Source: Patescibacteria group bacterium (lineage in GTDB: Bacteria > Patescibacteriota > Patescibacteriia > UBA2591 > UBA6264). From it: a stretch of DNA of 19,971 nucleotides. The notes under the pieces are model-generated. The model did not search any database. It saw nothing but the letters and a program-made list of their open reading frames with translations, and was not told the DNA's origin. Where the stretch lies: assembly GCA_028713575.1 (NCBI GenBank), contig JAQTOB010000010.1, positions 1-19,971 on the forward strand, given 5' to 3'. Shown piece after piece: positions 1 through 9,329 of this stretch (its first letter is position 1; each line of letters opens with the position of its first letter). Position numbers and translations under genes: made by a program.

Positions 1-695
1 ATAATTATGCATCCTTGGAACATTGGCTCTCCAGGTGGACCATCTTATCCCGAAAAACTTGCTATATTCATGGGATCAGAAAAGAATGTAGAACAAGCTA
101 ACAAAATCATGTACAAAAAACTTACAACGACACTTGAATGGCTGCGAAATAAAAATGTAATGTAAAGATTATCTATGTTATGCCAGATAGTGTAGTAGAA
201 AAATTTTACAGCCAATTCGGGTTGCCACCGTCCTATTTAGAAATTCCTATTACTCCCTCACTTGACGTCCCATTTTATCAAAAATCCGGCGATTTTCCTG
301 ATAACTACGGAAGCATACGTAATAATGCTACACACGGTACGGGTTATAATACTTGGGCTGGATGGCGAGATTTAGCTATTAGCTCATATGTTTCACCAAA
401 AGAAGGCGACATCGTTGTCGGTGATTATGAGGGCGGTAGGCTAGATAAATGGCTGCGCGACAACGGCATTCACACATTATTATATGCCGGATTCTCAACT
501 AATCTTTGCGTTATGATTAACCCAATCGGACTTCAGGATATGTTTCGTCGTCATTACAGGCTTACTATTTTAAGAGATTGTACTATGGCAACAGAATACG
601 ATGATACTTATAGATCTCGCAGAGTTACTAATTTAACCATTCGCTATATTGAAACATATTTAGGAGCCTCAACGGTTATTCCCGCATCTCGTTGA
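1..695 (+). pseudogene. Isochorismatase-like (cysteine hydrolase superfamily) gene split between two frames by a 5-bp tandem duplication; 5' end lies outside the window
   Basis: Frame 1 is open from nt 1 to TAA at 163-165 (..IIMHPWNIGSPGG..LEWLRNKNVM*). Frame 3 is open from 153 (KCNVKIIYVMPDS..) to TGA at 693-695. ATGTA occurs twice in tandem at 155-159 and 160-164. Deleting one copy gives the continuous reading LEWLRNKNVKIIYVMPDS. The C-terminal part has the family-typical LLYAGFSTNLCV..ILRDCTMA segment with the nucleophile Cys. The canonical Asp and Lys positions look substituted, so it is a divergent member. Confidence 0.5.
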
Positions 696-773
696 CGAGT
701 CACGCCCCATTATAAAAATTTATTATAATAAAGATATACCAAAATTATTTCGCGGTAGATTACTGTTATATAT

Positions 774-2084
774 ATGGAAACCATTCTTATACTACTATTA
801 TTTATTGCTACGGCAATTATTTCTCTATTAGTCCTCTATATTTCAGCTGGAACTTTTAAAATCTTGACTCTGCCAACCGTTTGGTTTATTTTTTATTCAA
901 TCTGTATTTATATTCGGGCTCCTCAAATCTTTTTTGAAAATGGAGCGACCAATACTCCTTATCTATGGGCTGTTTTGTCGGGATTATTACTGTTCCCAAT
1001 TGGGGCCGTAGCGGCAAATATCTTCTTTCGATTCCACCCCAAAAAAGAAATAAATAAATATTTATCTAGTCCGCTTGTAGATAGTCAGAAAAAAGAAACC
1101 TTTCGTCTTGTTTTCTTTCTAATGGTCGCTGTCTGTTTGATCGTTGTTTTAATATATTTTATAAAAATAAAAATTGGGAGTGCTCTGCCCTTTCTGGCAC
1201 TAATTAAAGGTTATGGCGAACAAGCAATCAGTACCCGAATTTCTATTACTAATCTTTTCCCACATTTTTGGCGATACCGTTTTATTTTTTCTACAGTAAT
1301 TCCATTATTATCAATTATTGCTTTATTAAAAATGTTTACCTCCCCAAAAGAAAAAATATTCTGGCGCAATACTTTTATTATATTGATAACCATTCCCGCT
1401 TTAATCTTTATTTCTTTAGGTTTTAAATTATATTTTGGGATACTTTTTTTCTTAATTTTCTTGGCCGTCACATTGGCAAAAAATAATCTAAACTTTAAGT
1501 CTATATTGCTTATAATATTTATAATTTTACTAGCTTTTATTGGAACATATCTTTTAAGTCTCGGCTTTGATGAAAACGTTTTTTTTACCCTAATGAGAAT
1601 TTTTAGAGCCTTATTTAACAGGGCTACCTATGCCTATTCTAATATACTTTATTATATATTCCAAGTCTTTCCTTTCCGGCACGATTATCTTTATAAATTA
1701 TATCTTCCTAATCCAGGAAGAATTTTTTCTTTTGAATCATTTTCTCTACCGTCCTATATGCATAAGATAATGAATCCAGAGTCGTTTGGCGGCTCCTCTC
1801 CAACCGTATTTTTTGGAGGTATATACGCCAGTTTGGGCTATCTGGGTATGCTTTTAAGCATACCTTTAGTAGGATTTCTATTTCAGACAATTCAAATATA
1901 TTTTATTCGCCGAAAAAAATCGATCATCAATGTCACTTTTCTAATAATCTTGTGTTACTATGCGCTTTTTACCGCCGTTAGTTCTATTTTCGATTTTTTC
2001 TCCCTAATTTTAATTGTTTTGACCTTTATTTTTCTTTTTTTAAAAGCTGGGCCAATTATTTTATATAAAATAATTAAAGATTAA
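774..2084 (+). CDS. Polytopic membrane protein, Wzy-like oligosaccharide repeat-unit polymerase (O-antigen polymerase/ligase-like)
   Basis: 436 aa, roughly 10-12 hydrophobic segments. There is one larger aromatic/Arg-containing loop (RALFNRATYAYSN..FRHDYLYKLYLPNPGRIFSFESFSLPSYMHK). It sits first in a glycan operon. No MATE-like Wzx signature was recognised. Confidence 0.5.
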   Translation: METILILLLFIATAIISLLVLYISAGTFKILTLPTVWFIFYSICIYIRAPQIFFENGATNTPYLWAVLSGLLLFPIGAVAANIFFRFHPKKEINKYLSSPLVDSQKKETFRLVFFLMVAVCLIVVLIYFIKIKIGSALPFLALIKGYGEQAISTRISITNLFPHFWRYRFIFSTVIPLLSIIALLKMFTSPKEKIFWRNTFIILITIPALIFISLGFKLYFGILFFLIFLAVTLAKNNLNFKSILLIIFIILLAFIGTYLLSLGFDENVFFTLMRIFRALFNRATYAYSNILYYIFQVFPFRHDYLYKLYLPNPGRIFSFESFSLPSYMHKIMNPESFGGSSPTVFFGGIYASLGYLGMLLSIPLVGFLFQTIQIYFIRRKKSIINVTFLIILCYYALFTAVSSIFDFFSLILIVLTFIFLFLKAGPIILYKIIKD

Positions 2085-2086
2085 TT

Positions 2087-3925
2087 ATGTGTGGAATAGC
2101 CGGAATTATTAATTTAGACCAAAAACCAGTTGATGAAAAAAAAGTAGAAAAGATGATAAAAATTATAAAGTATCGCGGTCCTGACGACGAGGGCTATTAT
2201 ATAAATGGAAGTGTTGGACTGGGTCACTGTCGCCTGTCTATTATTGATTTATCAAAAGCCGGGCACCAACCAATGACGAATGTAAGCAGGGACTTATGGA
2301 TGGTTTATAATGGAGAAATTTATAACTATCTTGAATTAAGAGAAAAACTAAAAAAAATCGGCTATCAATTTAAATCTAACACCGACACCGAAGTGATTAT
2401 TTACGCCTATAAAGAATGGGGAGAAAAATGTTTAGAAAAATTTAATGGGATGTGGGCGTTTGCTATTTGGGATGATAAAAAACAACGGCTTTTTTGCGCT
2501 CGAGATAGATTTGGCATTAAGCCATTTTACTACTACCTTGATGATAAAAAATTCATTTTTGCTTCGGAGATAAAGGCAATTTTAGAAAACAATGATATTA
2601 AACGACTGCCAAACGACCGGTTAATCTACGATTATCTGGTTTACGATCAAGAAGAACACACTGACAAAACATTTTTTAAAGGAATATTCAAATTACCTCC
2701 GGGCCGTTATCTGCTCATTAAAAACAAAAAACTAGAAATTAAAACCTGGTGGCAATTAAACCCTAAACCACTCAAACTCAAAAAAGAAACTGATTATCAG
2801 GAAAAATTTCATCGACTTTTAAATGATTCAATCAAACTTCGATTACGGAGTGACGTTCCAATTGGTACCTGTTTAAGTGGCGGATTGGATTCATCTTCGA
2901 TTGTCTGTATAGTTAATAAACTGATGAAACAGGATGGTGAAACTAACAAGAAAACTACTTTCACCTCCTGTTACAATAATCAGCCCGCCATAGACGAGAG
3001 GGAATATGTTGAAGAAATTGTTAAAAAAATTGGGGTGAAAAAAAATTATATTTTCCCAGCCATTGAGGATTTACAAAAAAACCTAAATCGTCTAGTCTGG
3101 CACCAAGAAGAACCTTTTAGTAGTTTAAGCATATATGCTCAATGGGCGGTAATGGAAAGGGGTAAAGAAAAAAAAGTTAAGGTTATTTTGGACGGACAAG
3201 GAGGAGACGAGGTGTTGCTGGGGTATGAAAGATATTATGTCTATTTTTTACTCAGATTGATTAAAGAATTTAGGTTTATCCGAATGATTAAGGAGGCTAA
3301 TCAAATAATAAAAAACTCTAAATTAAATTTCTTTCAATTTTTTAAATATTTCCTTTATTTTTCCGCGCCCAAAATTCGGTCTATTTACTTGAATAAAAGG
3401 GCTAAAAAAATACTGAATAAAAACTTTTTGAAAAGCAAAAAGGAAAAAACGTCTTCCATTCATTCAAAAAGGCCAACCGATCTCCAACTGTTGCAAAAAT
3501 TGGAAATAACGAGACTAAATTTGCCTAATTTGCTAAAATACGAGGACAAAAATTCATCGGCATTTTCTATAGAAGCTAGGACGCCTTTTCTCGACTATCG
3601 ATTAGTAGAATTTGCCTTTAATCTTCCCTATGATTTAAAAATCAAAAATGGTTGGTCAAAATATTTACTCAGGAAATCAATGAAAAATATTCTCCCCGAA
3701 AAAATCCGTTGGCGCAAAAATAAAATAGGGTTTGAGGTGCCTCAAAAAGCGTGGCTAACAACAATTAAGACTGAAATTAAAAAAATTTTTAGTCAAGAAA
3801 TTCACGCCTCAAAATACTTAAATCGTTATCAAATACTAAAATGCGTCGAAAATAATAATTTTGACGACAGAATATTATGGCGCGCCCTAAATCTAGAGTT
3901 ATGGATGCGAATTTTTAAATTATAG
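2087..3925 (+). CDS. Asparagine synthase (glutamine-hydrolysing) family amidotransferase, AsnB/WbpS-like
   Basis: N-terminal MCGIAG (Ntn Cys2 nucleophile), SGGLDSS PP-loop ATP-pyrophosphatase motif, 612 aa. The start lies 2 nt after the stop of the upstream gene. Confidence 0.9.
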   Translation: MCGIAGIINLDQKPVDEKKVEKMIKIIKYRGPDDEGYYINGSVGLGHCRLSIIDLSKAGHQPMTNVSRDLWMVYNGEIYNYLELREKLKKIGYQFKSNTDTEVIIYAYKEWGEKCLEKFNGMWAFAIWDDKKQRLFCARDRFGIKPFYYYLDDKKFIFASEIKAILENNDIKRLPNDRLIYDYLVYDQEEHTDKTFFKGIFKLPPGRYLLIKNKKLEIKTWWQLNPKPLKLKKETDYQEKFHRLLNDSIKLRLRSDVPIGTCLSGGLDSSSIVCIVNKLMKQDGETNKKTTFTSCYNNQPAIDEREYVEEIVKKIGVKKNYIFPAIEDLQKNLNRLVWHQEEPFSSLSIYAQWAVMERGKEKKVKVILDGQGGDEVLLGYERYYVYFLLRLIKEFRFIRMIKEANQIIKNSKLNFFQFFKYFLYFSAPKIRSIYLNKRAKKILNKNFLKSKKEKTSSIHSKRPTDLQLLQKLEITRLNLPNLLKYEDKNSSAFSIEARTPFLDYRLVEFAFNLPYDLKIKNGWSKYLLRKSMKNILPEKIRWRKNKIGFEVPQKAWLTTIKTEIKKIFSQEIHASKYLNRYQILKCVENNNFDDRILWRALNLELWMRIFKL

Positions 3926-4016
3926 GTTAAAAAATCTCTATATATTATAATCTTATTCCCTCAACATCTAAAAACACTATCTTTAAACCTCCCGTTTGTT
4001 ATAATTATATATAAAT

Positions 4017-5132
4017 ATGTCCAAAAATAAAAAAATGATTTGCATTTTAACCTCAGCTCATCCGATTTTTGATATCCGAATTTTTAATAAACAGGCTAAA
4101 ACTCTAGTTCAAGCTGGTTATGATGTTACTTTAATCGCCCAGCATGATAAAGAAGAAGTAGTTGATGGTATAAAGATTATTCCTTTACCAAAACCAAAAA
4201 AAAGATTTGAAAGATTTCTTAGGACAGATTATTTAATCTATAGAAAGGCTTTAGAGCAAAGAGCTAATATTTATCATTTTCATGACCCAGAATTATTACC
4301 TTGGACATTAAGATTAAAAAAGAAGACGGGGGCAAAAATAATCTACGATGCGCATGAAGACTATCATCAGGCAATATTATCAAAACCATGGCTCCCGTCA
4401 TTCTTAAGAAAAATAACTGCATCTATCTTCAATTTCTATGAAAAACATATATCTAAAAAATTCGATTATATTATTACCGCTACTCCACACATAACACAAA
4501 CATTTAAACAAAAAAACGTTGCTGACGTAAAAAATTATCCCCTAATTGATAAAAAAATCATAATAGATAATAATCTTAAGAAAAAAAATATCACCTTAAT
4601 ATATACTGGCGGGATAGAAAAAATTCGAGGAATAAAAGAAATTATTAGATCCTTAAGATATATTAAATATGACATAAGCTTGAAATTAATTGGCTGCTTT
4701 TCTGATAAAAATTTTGAACAAGAAATAAAAATGATGCCGGAATGGAAAAAGGTTGATTTCTCAGGACAAATAAAATTTGAACACATTAATCGTGAATTAG
4801 AGAATGCTAACATTGGATTGGCTCTTTACTGGCCCGAACCAAATCATATAGAAGCTCTCCCAAATAAAATATTCGAATATATGACTGCTGGTTTACCAAT
4901 AGTTGCCTCAAACTTCCCTTTATGGAAAGAAATTGTTGAAAACAACAATTGCGGAATCTGCGTAAATCCGTTAAAAGTAAACGAAATTGCTGAAACAATT
5001 GAATATTTAATAGAGCACCCCGATGAGGCAAAAAAGATGGGAGAAAATGGAAGAAAAGCGACTTTTGAAAAGTATAATTGGGAAAATGAAAGTAAAAAAT
5101 TATTGAAAATTTATAATAAATTGCTAGAATGA
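4017..5132 (+). CDS. GT-B fold glycosyltransferase, family 4-like
   Basis: 371 aa. C-terminal E-x7-E-like region (EALPNKIFEYMTAGLPIVASN). N-terminal GT4-like domain (HFHDPELLPW). Confidence 0.8.
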   Translation: MSKNKKMICILTSAHPIFDIRIFNKQAKTLVQAGYDVTLIAQHDKEEVVDGIKIIPLPKPKKRFERFLRTDYLIYRKALEQRANIYHFHDPELLPWTLRLKKKTGAKIIYDAHEDYHQAILSKPWLPSFLRKITASIFNFYEKHISKKFDYIITATPHITQTFKQKNVADVKNYPLIDKKIIIDNNLKKKNITLIYTGGIEKIRGIKEIIRSLRYIKYDISLKLIGCFSDKNFEQEIKMMPEWKKVDFSGQIKFEHINRELENANIGLALYWPEPNHIEALPNKIFEYMTAGLPIVASNFPLWKEIVENNNCGICVNPLKVNEIAETIEYLIEHPDEAKKMGENGRKATFEKYNWENESKKLLKIYNKLLE

Positions 5133-5163
5133 ATAAATAATCTAATATTATCCTAAAAAATTT

Positions 5164-5802
5164 ATGTTTAACAACTTTAAAAAAATTTTAATTTTAGCCC
5201 CACACACGGACGACGGGGAATTTGGTTGTGGAGGTACAATCGCTAAACTTATTAAGGGAGGTAAAAAAATTTATTATGTCGCCTTCTCAACCTGTGAGGC
5301 ATCGGTGCCAAAGGATTTTCCTAAAGATATTTTAAAAAAAGAGCTTAAACAAGCGACTAAAACACTTGGTATTAAGTCAAAAAATCTAACTATTTTAAAT
5401 TATCCCGTTAGACATTTCCCTCAAAATCGTCAAGCCATCTTAGAAGATATGATAAAACTTAAAAATAAAATTGTTCCTGATTTAATTTTCATGCCATCAC
5501 TACACGATATTCACCAAGATCATCTAACCATTGCTCAAGAAGGGCTCCGAGCATTTAAACAAAGCAGTATTTTGGGCTATGAAGACGTCTGGAATAATTT
5601 AACCTTTAATACCATCTGTTTTGTCCATTTAACGGAATTGATTATTAAGAAAAAAATTGAAGCTATAAAAAAGTATAAATCTCAGTCTAAAAAGCTTTAT
5701 GCCACCGCAAAATTTATTAGAAGTTTAGCCCATGTGAGGGGGATTCAAATAGGCACAGAATATGCAGAAGCCTTTGAAGTTATCCGTTGGATTATTAATT
5801 AA
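5164..5802 (+). CDS. PIG-L/LmbE family de-N-acetylase
   Basis: ILILAPHTDDGEFGCGGTIAKL (AHPDDE-type zinc motif) and the downstream HDIHQDH motif. 212 aa, typical size. Confidence 0.85.
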   Translation: MFNNFKKILILAPHTDDGEFGCGGTIAKLIKGGKKIYYVAFSTCEASVPKDFPKDILKKELKQATKTLGIKSKNLTILNYPVRHFPQNRQAILEDMIKLKNKIVPDLIFMPSLHDIHQDHLTIAQEGLRAFKQSSILGYEDVWNNLTFNTICFVHLTELIIKKKIEAIKKYKSQSKKLYATAKFIRSLAHVRGIQIGTEYAEAFEVIRWIIN

Positions 5803-5813
5803 AATATTAAAAT

Positions 5814-6875
5814 ATGCAAAAAATAAACATTCTTATCACCGGCACCGGGGCGCCAGGAGCGCCGAGTATAATACAAAGCCTAAGAGTAATTAACAGAAAA
5901 ATTAAAATTATCGGGGTAGATATGGATGAAAACTCTGTCGGTTTTTCAATGGTTGATAAATATTATTTAGTCAGACCGGCTGAAAACAAAAATTTCATCA
6001 AGGACATATTACAAATAGCAAAAAAGGAAAAAATAGATGTTATTATTCCTTTGGTTACAAAGGAATTGCTAAAATTTTCGGAAAACAAAAAACTTTTTGA
6101 AAAGGAAAACATCAAAGTATCTATTTCGGATCCTTTGGGATTAAAAATAGCTAATAATAAATATCTTTTAATGAAACATTGCCTAAAGGAGAATATTCCC
6201 GTTCCCGAGTTTAAATTAGTCAAAAATTATAATGAATTTAAAAGGGCTGTTTTTGATCTAGGATATCCTAAAAATAATGTGTGCTTTAAACCTCCAGTCT
6301 CAAATGGAATGAGGGGTTTTAGGATTCTAACCAAATCAATTAATAGGCTGGATATTTTACTCAATCAGAAACCCGATGACGTATTAACTTCATTGGAAGA
6401 AATTGCCCCCGTTCTTAAAGGTGCCAAATCCTTTCCTGACCTTTTGGTGATGGAATATCTCCCTGGACAAGAATACAGTGTTGACATTTTGGTTGACAAC
6501 GGGAGGTGTATTGTTGTTGTTCCCCGTTCTAGGGATAAACTAAAAATGGGAATTAGTTTTGTGGGAACAACGGTTAAGGATCAAGAAATTATAAAGTATT
6601 CAAAAAAAATAGTTGAAACACTAAAATTAAATGGAAATATCGGGCTACAATTTAAACGAGATAAAAAAGAAATTCCTAAAATTATAGAATCTAATCCCCG
6701 GGTTCAAGGAACGATGGTTTTAGCTACGGCGTCTAAGGCAAATTTAGTATATGGGGCCGTGCAACTATGTCTTGGAGAAAAAATTAAACCGTTTAAAATA
6801 GCCTGGGGGACAAAAATGATTCGCTATTGGAAAGAAGTATATTATGATAAGAGAGGACACTCATTTACACTCTAA
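5814..6875 (+). CDS. ATP-grasp superfamily ligase (carbamoyl-phosphate-synthase-L-like)
   Basis: N-terminal Rossmann-like ILITGTGAPGAPS. Central VCFKPPVSNGMRGFRIL and MEYLPGQEYSVDIL. C-terminal IESNPRVQGT (Mg-ATP site pattern). Confidence 0.75.
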   Translation: MQKINILITGTGAPGAPSIIQSLRVINRKIKIIGVDMDENSVGFSMVDKYYLVRPAENKNFIKDILQIAKKEKIDVIIPLVTKELLKFSENKKLFEKENIKVSISDPLGLKIANNKYLLMKHCLKENIPVPEFKLVKNYNEFKRAVFDLGYPKNNVCFKPPVSNGMRGFRILTKSINRLDILLNQKPDDVLTSLEEIAPVLKGAKSFPDLLVMEYLPGQEYSVDILVDNGRCIVVVPRSRDKLKMGISFVGTTVKDQEIIKYSKKIVETLKLNGNIGLQFKRDKKEIPKIIESNPRVQGTMVLATASKANLVYGAVQLCLGEKIKPFKIAWGTKMIRYWKEVYYDKRGHSFTL

Positions 6876-7488
6876 TTTTTCTGATGGGAAAAATAGTATT
6901 GAAGAAATGGCCCAAACTGCTATTAAATTAGGGTTAAAAAAAATAACATTTACCGACCATGTTTGGGAAACAAGCGACTGGATAGATGATTATGTGGAAG
7001 AAATTAAAGAAGTTCGGAAAAAATATCCAAAGATAAAAATATATTCTGGGATAGAGGCAAAAGTAATTGACTTAAGTGGGAATATTGACGCTAATAAATC
7101 TTTCTTTAATAAAGTTGATTATGTTTTGGGTGCTTTCCATAGAATACCAACAGGGAAAAGGACTTATCTCTCTAGTGAAGAAATTATTAAAAATAAAAAG
7201 ATAGCTCTTAATTTCTGGTATAAAGCAATAATAAACTTATTGAAAAATAAAAATGTAGATATTATTGCTCATCCTACATTTATTCTAAAAAGATATAAAA
7301 TAAAATTACCGAAATGGCTGAAAAAGGAAATTGCTGAAAATGCTCGAAAAACAAATAAAACATTTGAGATTAATAGAAAACACAAAGTCCCAAATAAAGA
7401 ACTTATAAAAATACTAAAAGAACATAATATAAAACTTATATACGGTAGCGATAGTCACAATATTAAAGAGCTTAAAATGTTTAATTAA
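6844..7488 (+). CDS. PHP-domain metal-dependent phosphoesterase (histidinol-phosphatase-like)
   Basis: MIREDTHLHSNFSDGK...ITFTDH...AHPT...GSDSH, the His/Asp ladder of PHP/HisK-type phosphatases. Overlaps the ATP-grasp gene by 32 nt. Confidence 0.75.
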   Translation: MIREDTHLHSNFSDGKNSIEEMAQTAIKLGLKKITFTDHVWETSDWIDDYVEEIKEVRKKYPKIKIYSGIEAKVIDLSGNIDANKSFFNKVDYVLGAFHRIPTGKRTYLSSEEIIKNKKIALNFWYKAIINLLKNKNVDIIAHPTFILKRYKIKLPKWLKKEIAENARKTNKTFEINRKHKVPNKELIKILKEHNIKLIYGSDSHNIKELKMFN

Positions 7489-7503
7489 TAAATATTTAAA
7501 AAT

Positions 7504-8310
7504 ATGAACAAAAGAAGTTTAAAAAAAATTTTTTCTTATTTTTGTTATATACCAAAAATCCCAAAAATAATTTTGTTGATTAAAAATTGGCCATCTTATT
7601 TTTTAAATTGGCTGGGCATTACCAAAAGAAATGTTACCTATTACTTTCGGAATGGTTATAAAATAAAAACAGTTGAAGCCATTGATGTCTGTACAATCAA
7701 TGGTATTTTTATTATTGAACAATACAAGAATGCCACGGAAAACTATAATAACACCACTAATCCTGTCGTAATTGACTTGGGAGCCAATATTGGACTTTTT
7801 TCTATTTATACAAAAATGAAAATTCCAAACGCCGAAATATTCGCTTACGAACCGGTCCCAAAAAATTTTGACATTCTCTTAGAAAATATAAAAAAGAATG
7901 ATCTAAAAAAAATAACACCCTATTGTCTTGGAATTTCTGGCAAAGAAGAAAAACGATATTTATATTTAGAAGACTCTGTCTCGCACTCTATTTACCTTAA
8001 TAATCAAAATAAAGGGAAGCAATGTATTAACATAACCTGTATAACTCTTGAAAAAATTTTAAGGGATAACAAAATTGATATTTGCGACATTCTAAAAATA
8101 GATACAGAAGGGTCTGAATATGAAATTCTCTATAACTGCTCGAGGAACACTTTAGAAAGAATTAAAAAAATTATATTGGAATGCCACCACATTAAATCAT
8201 TTGAAAATTATAATAAAAAATCTATGGAAAAATTTTTAATAGATAATGAATTTTCAATAAGTGATGTCGATGAGAATATCATATATGCGGTAAATAAAAA
8301 AAATAAATAA
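7504..8310 (+). CDS. FkbM-family SAM-dependent methyltransferase
   Basis: VIDLGANIGLFSIY (SAM motif I), FAYEPVPKNF, and ILKIDTEGSEYEIL typical of the FkbM family. Confidence 0.8.
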   Translation: MNKRSLKKIFSYFCYIPKIPKIILLIKNWPSYFLNWLGITKRNVTYYFRNGYKIKTVEAIDVCTINGIFIIEQYKNATENYNNTTNPVVIDLGANIGLFSIYTKMKIPNAEIFAYEPVPKNFDILLENIKKNDLKKITPYCLGISGKEEKRYLYLEDSVSHSIYLNNQNKGKQCINITCITLEKILRDNKIDICDILKIDTEGSEYEILYNCSRNTLERIKKIILECHHIKSFENYNKKSMEKFLIDNEFSISDVDENIIYAVNKKNK

Positions 8311-8330
8311 ATAAATAATGGGATATATCT

Positions 8331-9329
8331 ATGAATTTAAGAAATAAAAAAATTTTAATTGCTGGCGGAGCTGGATTTATTGGCTCACATTTGTGTGAAA
8401 AACTATTAAAAGAGAAGGGGGAAATTACTGTTTTTGATAACTTTAGTACTGGAAAATCATCAAACCTAGAATCAATTAAAAATAAAATTAAAATAATTAA
8501 AGGAGACATACAAAATGCCAAAGAAATAGATAAAGCATCTAAGGCTCAAGATATTATTATTCACGAAGCCTTTCCTTATGGTGCGGCCACAAGGAGTGTT
8601 GATAAACAATTTGTTGGAGACGGAACTATTGGCACGTTTAATGTACTTCGTTCGGCCTTAAAAAATAATATTAAAAAAGTGGTCTATGCCTCTACTGTCG
8701 CGGTTTACGGAATCAAAAAAAATTCTCCTCAAAAAGAAGAAATTGAAAAAAATCCATTTTTACCATATGGAGCCACTAAATATTTAGGAGAACTATACTG
8801 TTCTAGTTTTTCTAATGTATATGGATTAGAAACTGTTAGTCTAAGGTATTTCAACGTATTTGGCCCTCGATATGCCACTTTTGATCACAGCGCCATGATT
8901 CTCTTTCTAAAAAGGGCAATTCAAAACAAAGACTTAATTATTTACGGAGATGGACGGCAAATCCGTGACTATACCTACGTCGACGATATAGTGGAAGGAA
9001 CTATCCTGGCCGCTAAAAAAGAAAAAAATCATGGGACTGTTTATAATCTCGGTAAAGGACGTGGACTAAGTATTTTTGATCTGGCTAAAAAAATCGTTGA
9101 ATTAACCGGGTCTAAAAGTAAAATCCATTTTGGGAAAAAAAGCGAATATAAGATTCTCAAACGAGGCCTTCCTTATGGAGTTACCAAAAAAATAAACGGA
9201 AATTTTGTCGATGAAAGAAATTATGTAGCAAACATAAATAAAGCAAAAATAGAATTAGGATATCTGCCTAAAATATCCCTAGAACAAGGAATAATAAAAA
9301 CTTTTCAATGGATGAAAGAAAAAATTTAA
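8331..9329 (+). CDS. Extended-SDR NAD-dependent nucleotide-sugar epimerase/dehydratase/reductase
   Basis: ILIAGGAGFIGSHL, DNFSTGK, YGATKYLGE (YxxxK), RYFNVFGPR. Confidence 0.9.
   Translation: MNLRNKKILIAGGAGFIGSHLCEKLLKEKGEITVFDNFSTGKSSNLESIKNKIKIIKGDIQNAKEIDKASKAQDIIIHEAFPYGAATRSVDKQFVGDGTIGTFNVLRSALKNNIKKVVYASTVAVYGIKKNSPQKEEIEKNPFLPYGATKYLGELYCSSFSNVYGLETVSLRYFNVFGPRYATFDHSAMILFLKRAIQNKDLIIYGDGRQIRDYTYVDDIVEGTILAAKKEKNHGTVYNLGKGRGLSIFDLAKKIVELTGSKSKIHFGKKSEYKILKRGLPYGVTKKINGNFVDERNYVANINKAKIELGYLPKISLEQGIIKTFQWMKEKI

Noticed and set aside
3926-4016. 91-nt gap before the GT4 gene as an internal promoter or terminator
   Set aside because: It contains TATAAT-like strings, but these are ubiquitous at this composition. 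No hairpin or convincing -35 partner was seen. It is treated as an ordinary intra-operon spacer.
6844-7488. PHP protein as a CpsB/Wzh-type tyrosine phosphatase partnering the Wzz-like protein
   Set aside because: The N-terminal signature DTHLHSNFSDGK..TDH is the histidinol-phosphatase/HisK-type pattern rather than the CpsB MIDIHSHI..DDGP pattern. No BY-kinase (Walker A/B plus Tyr cluster) is present, and the gene overlaps the ATP-grasp ligase rather than sitting next to wzz.
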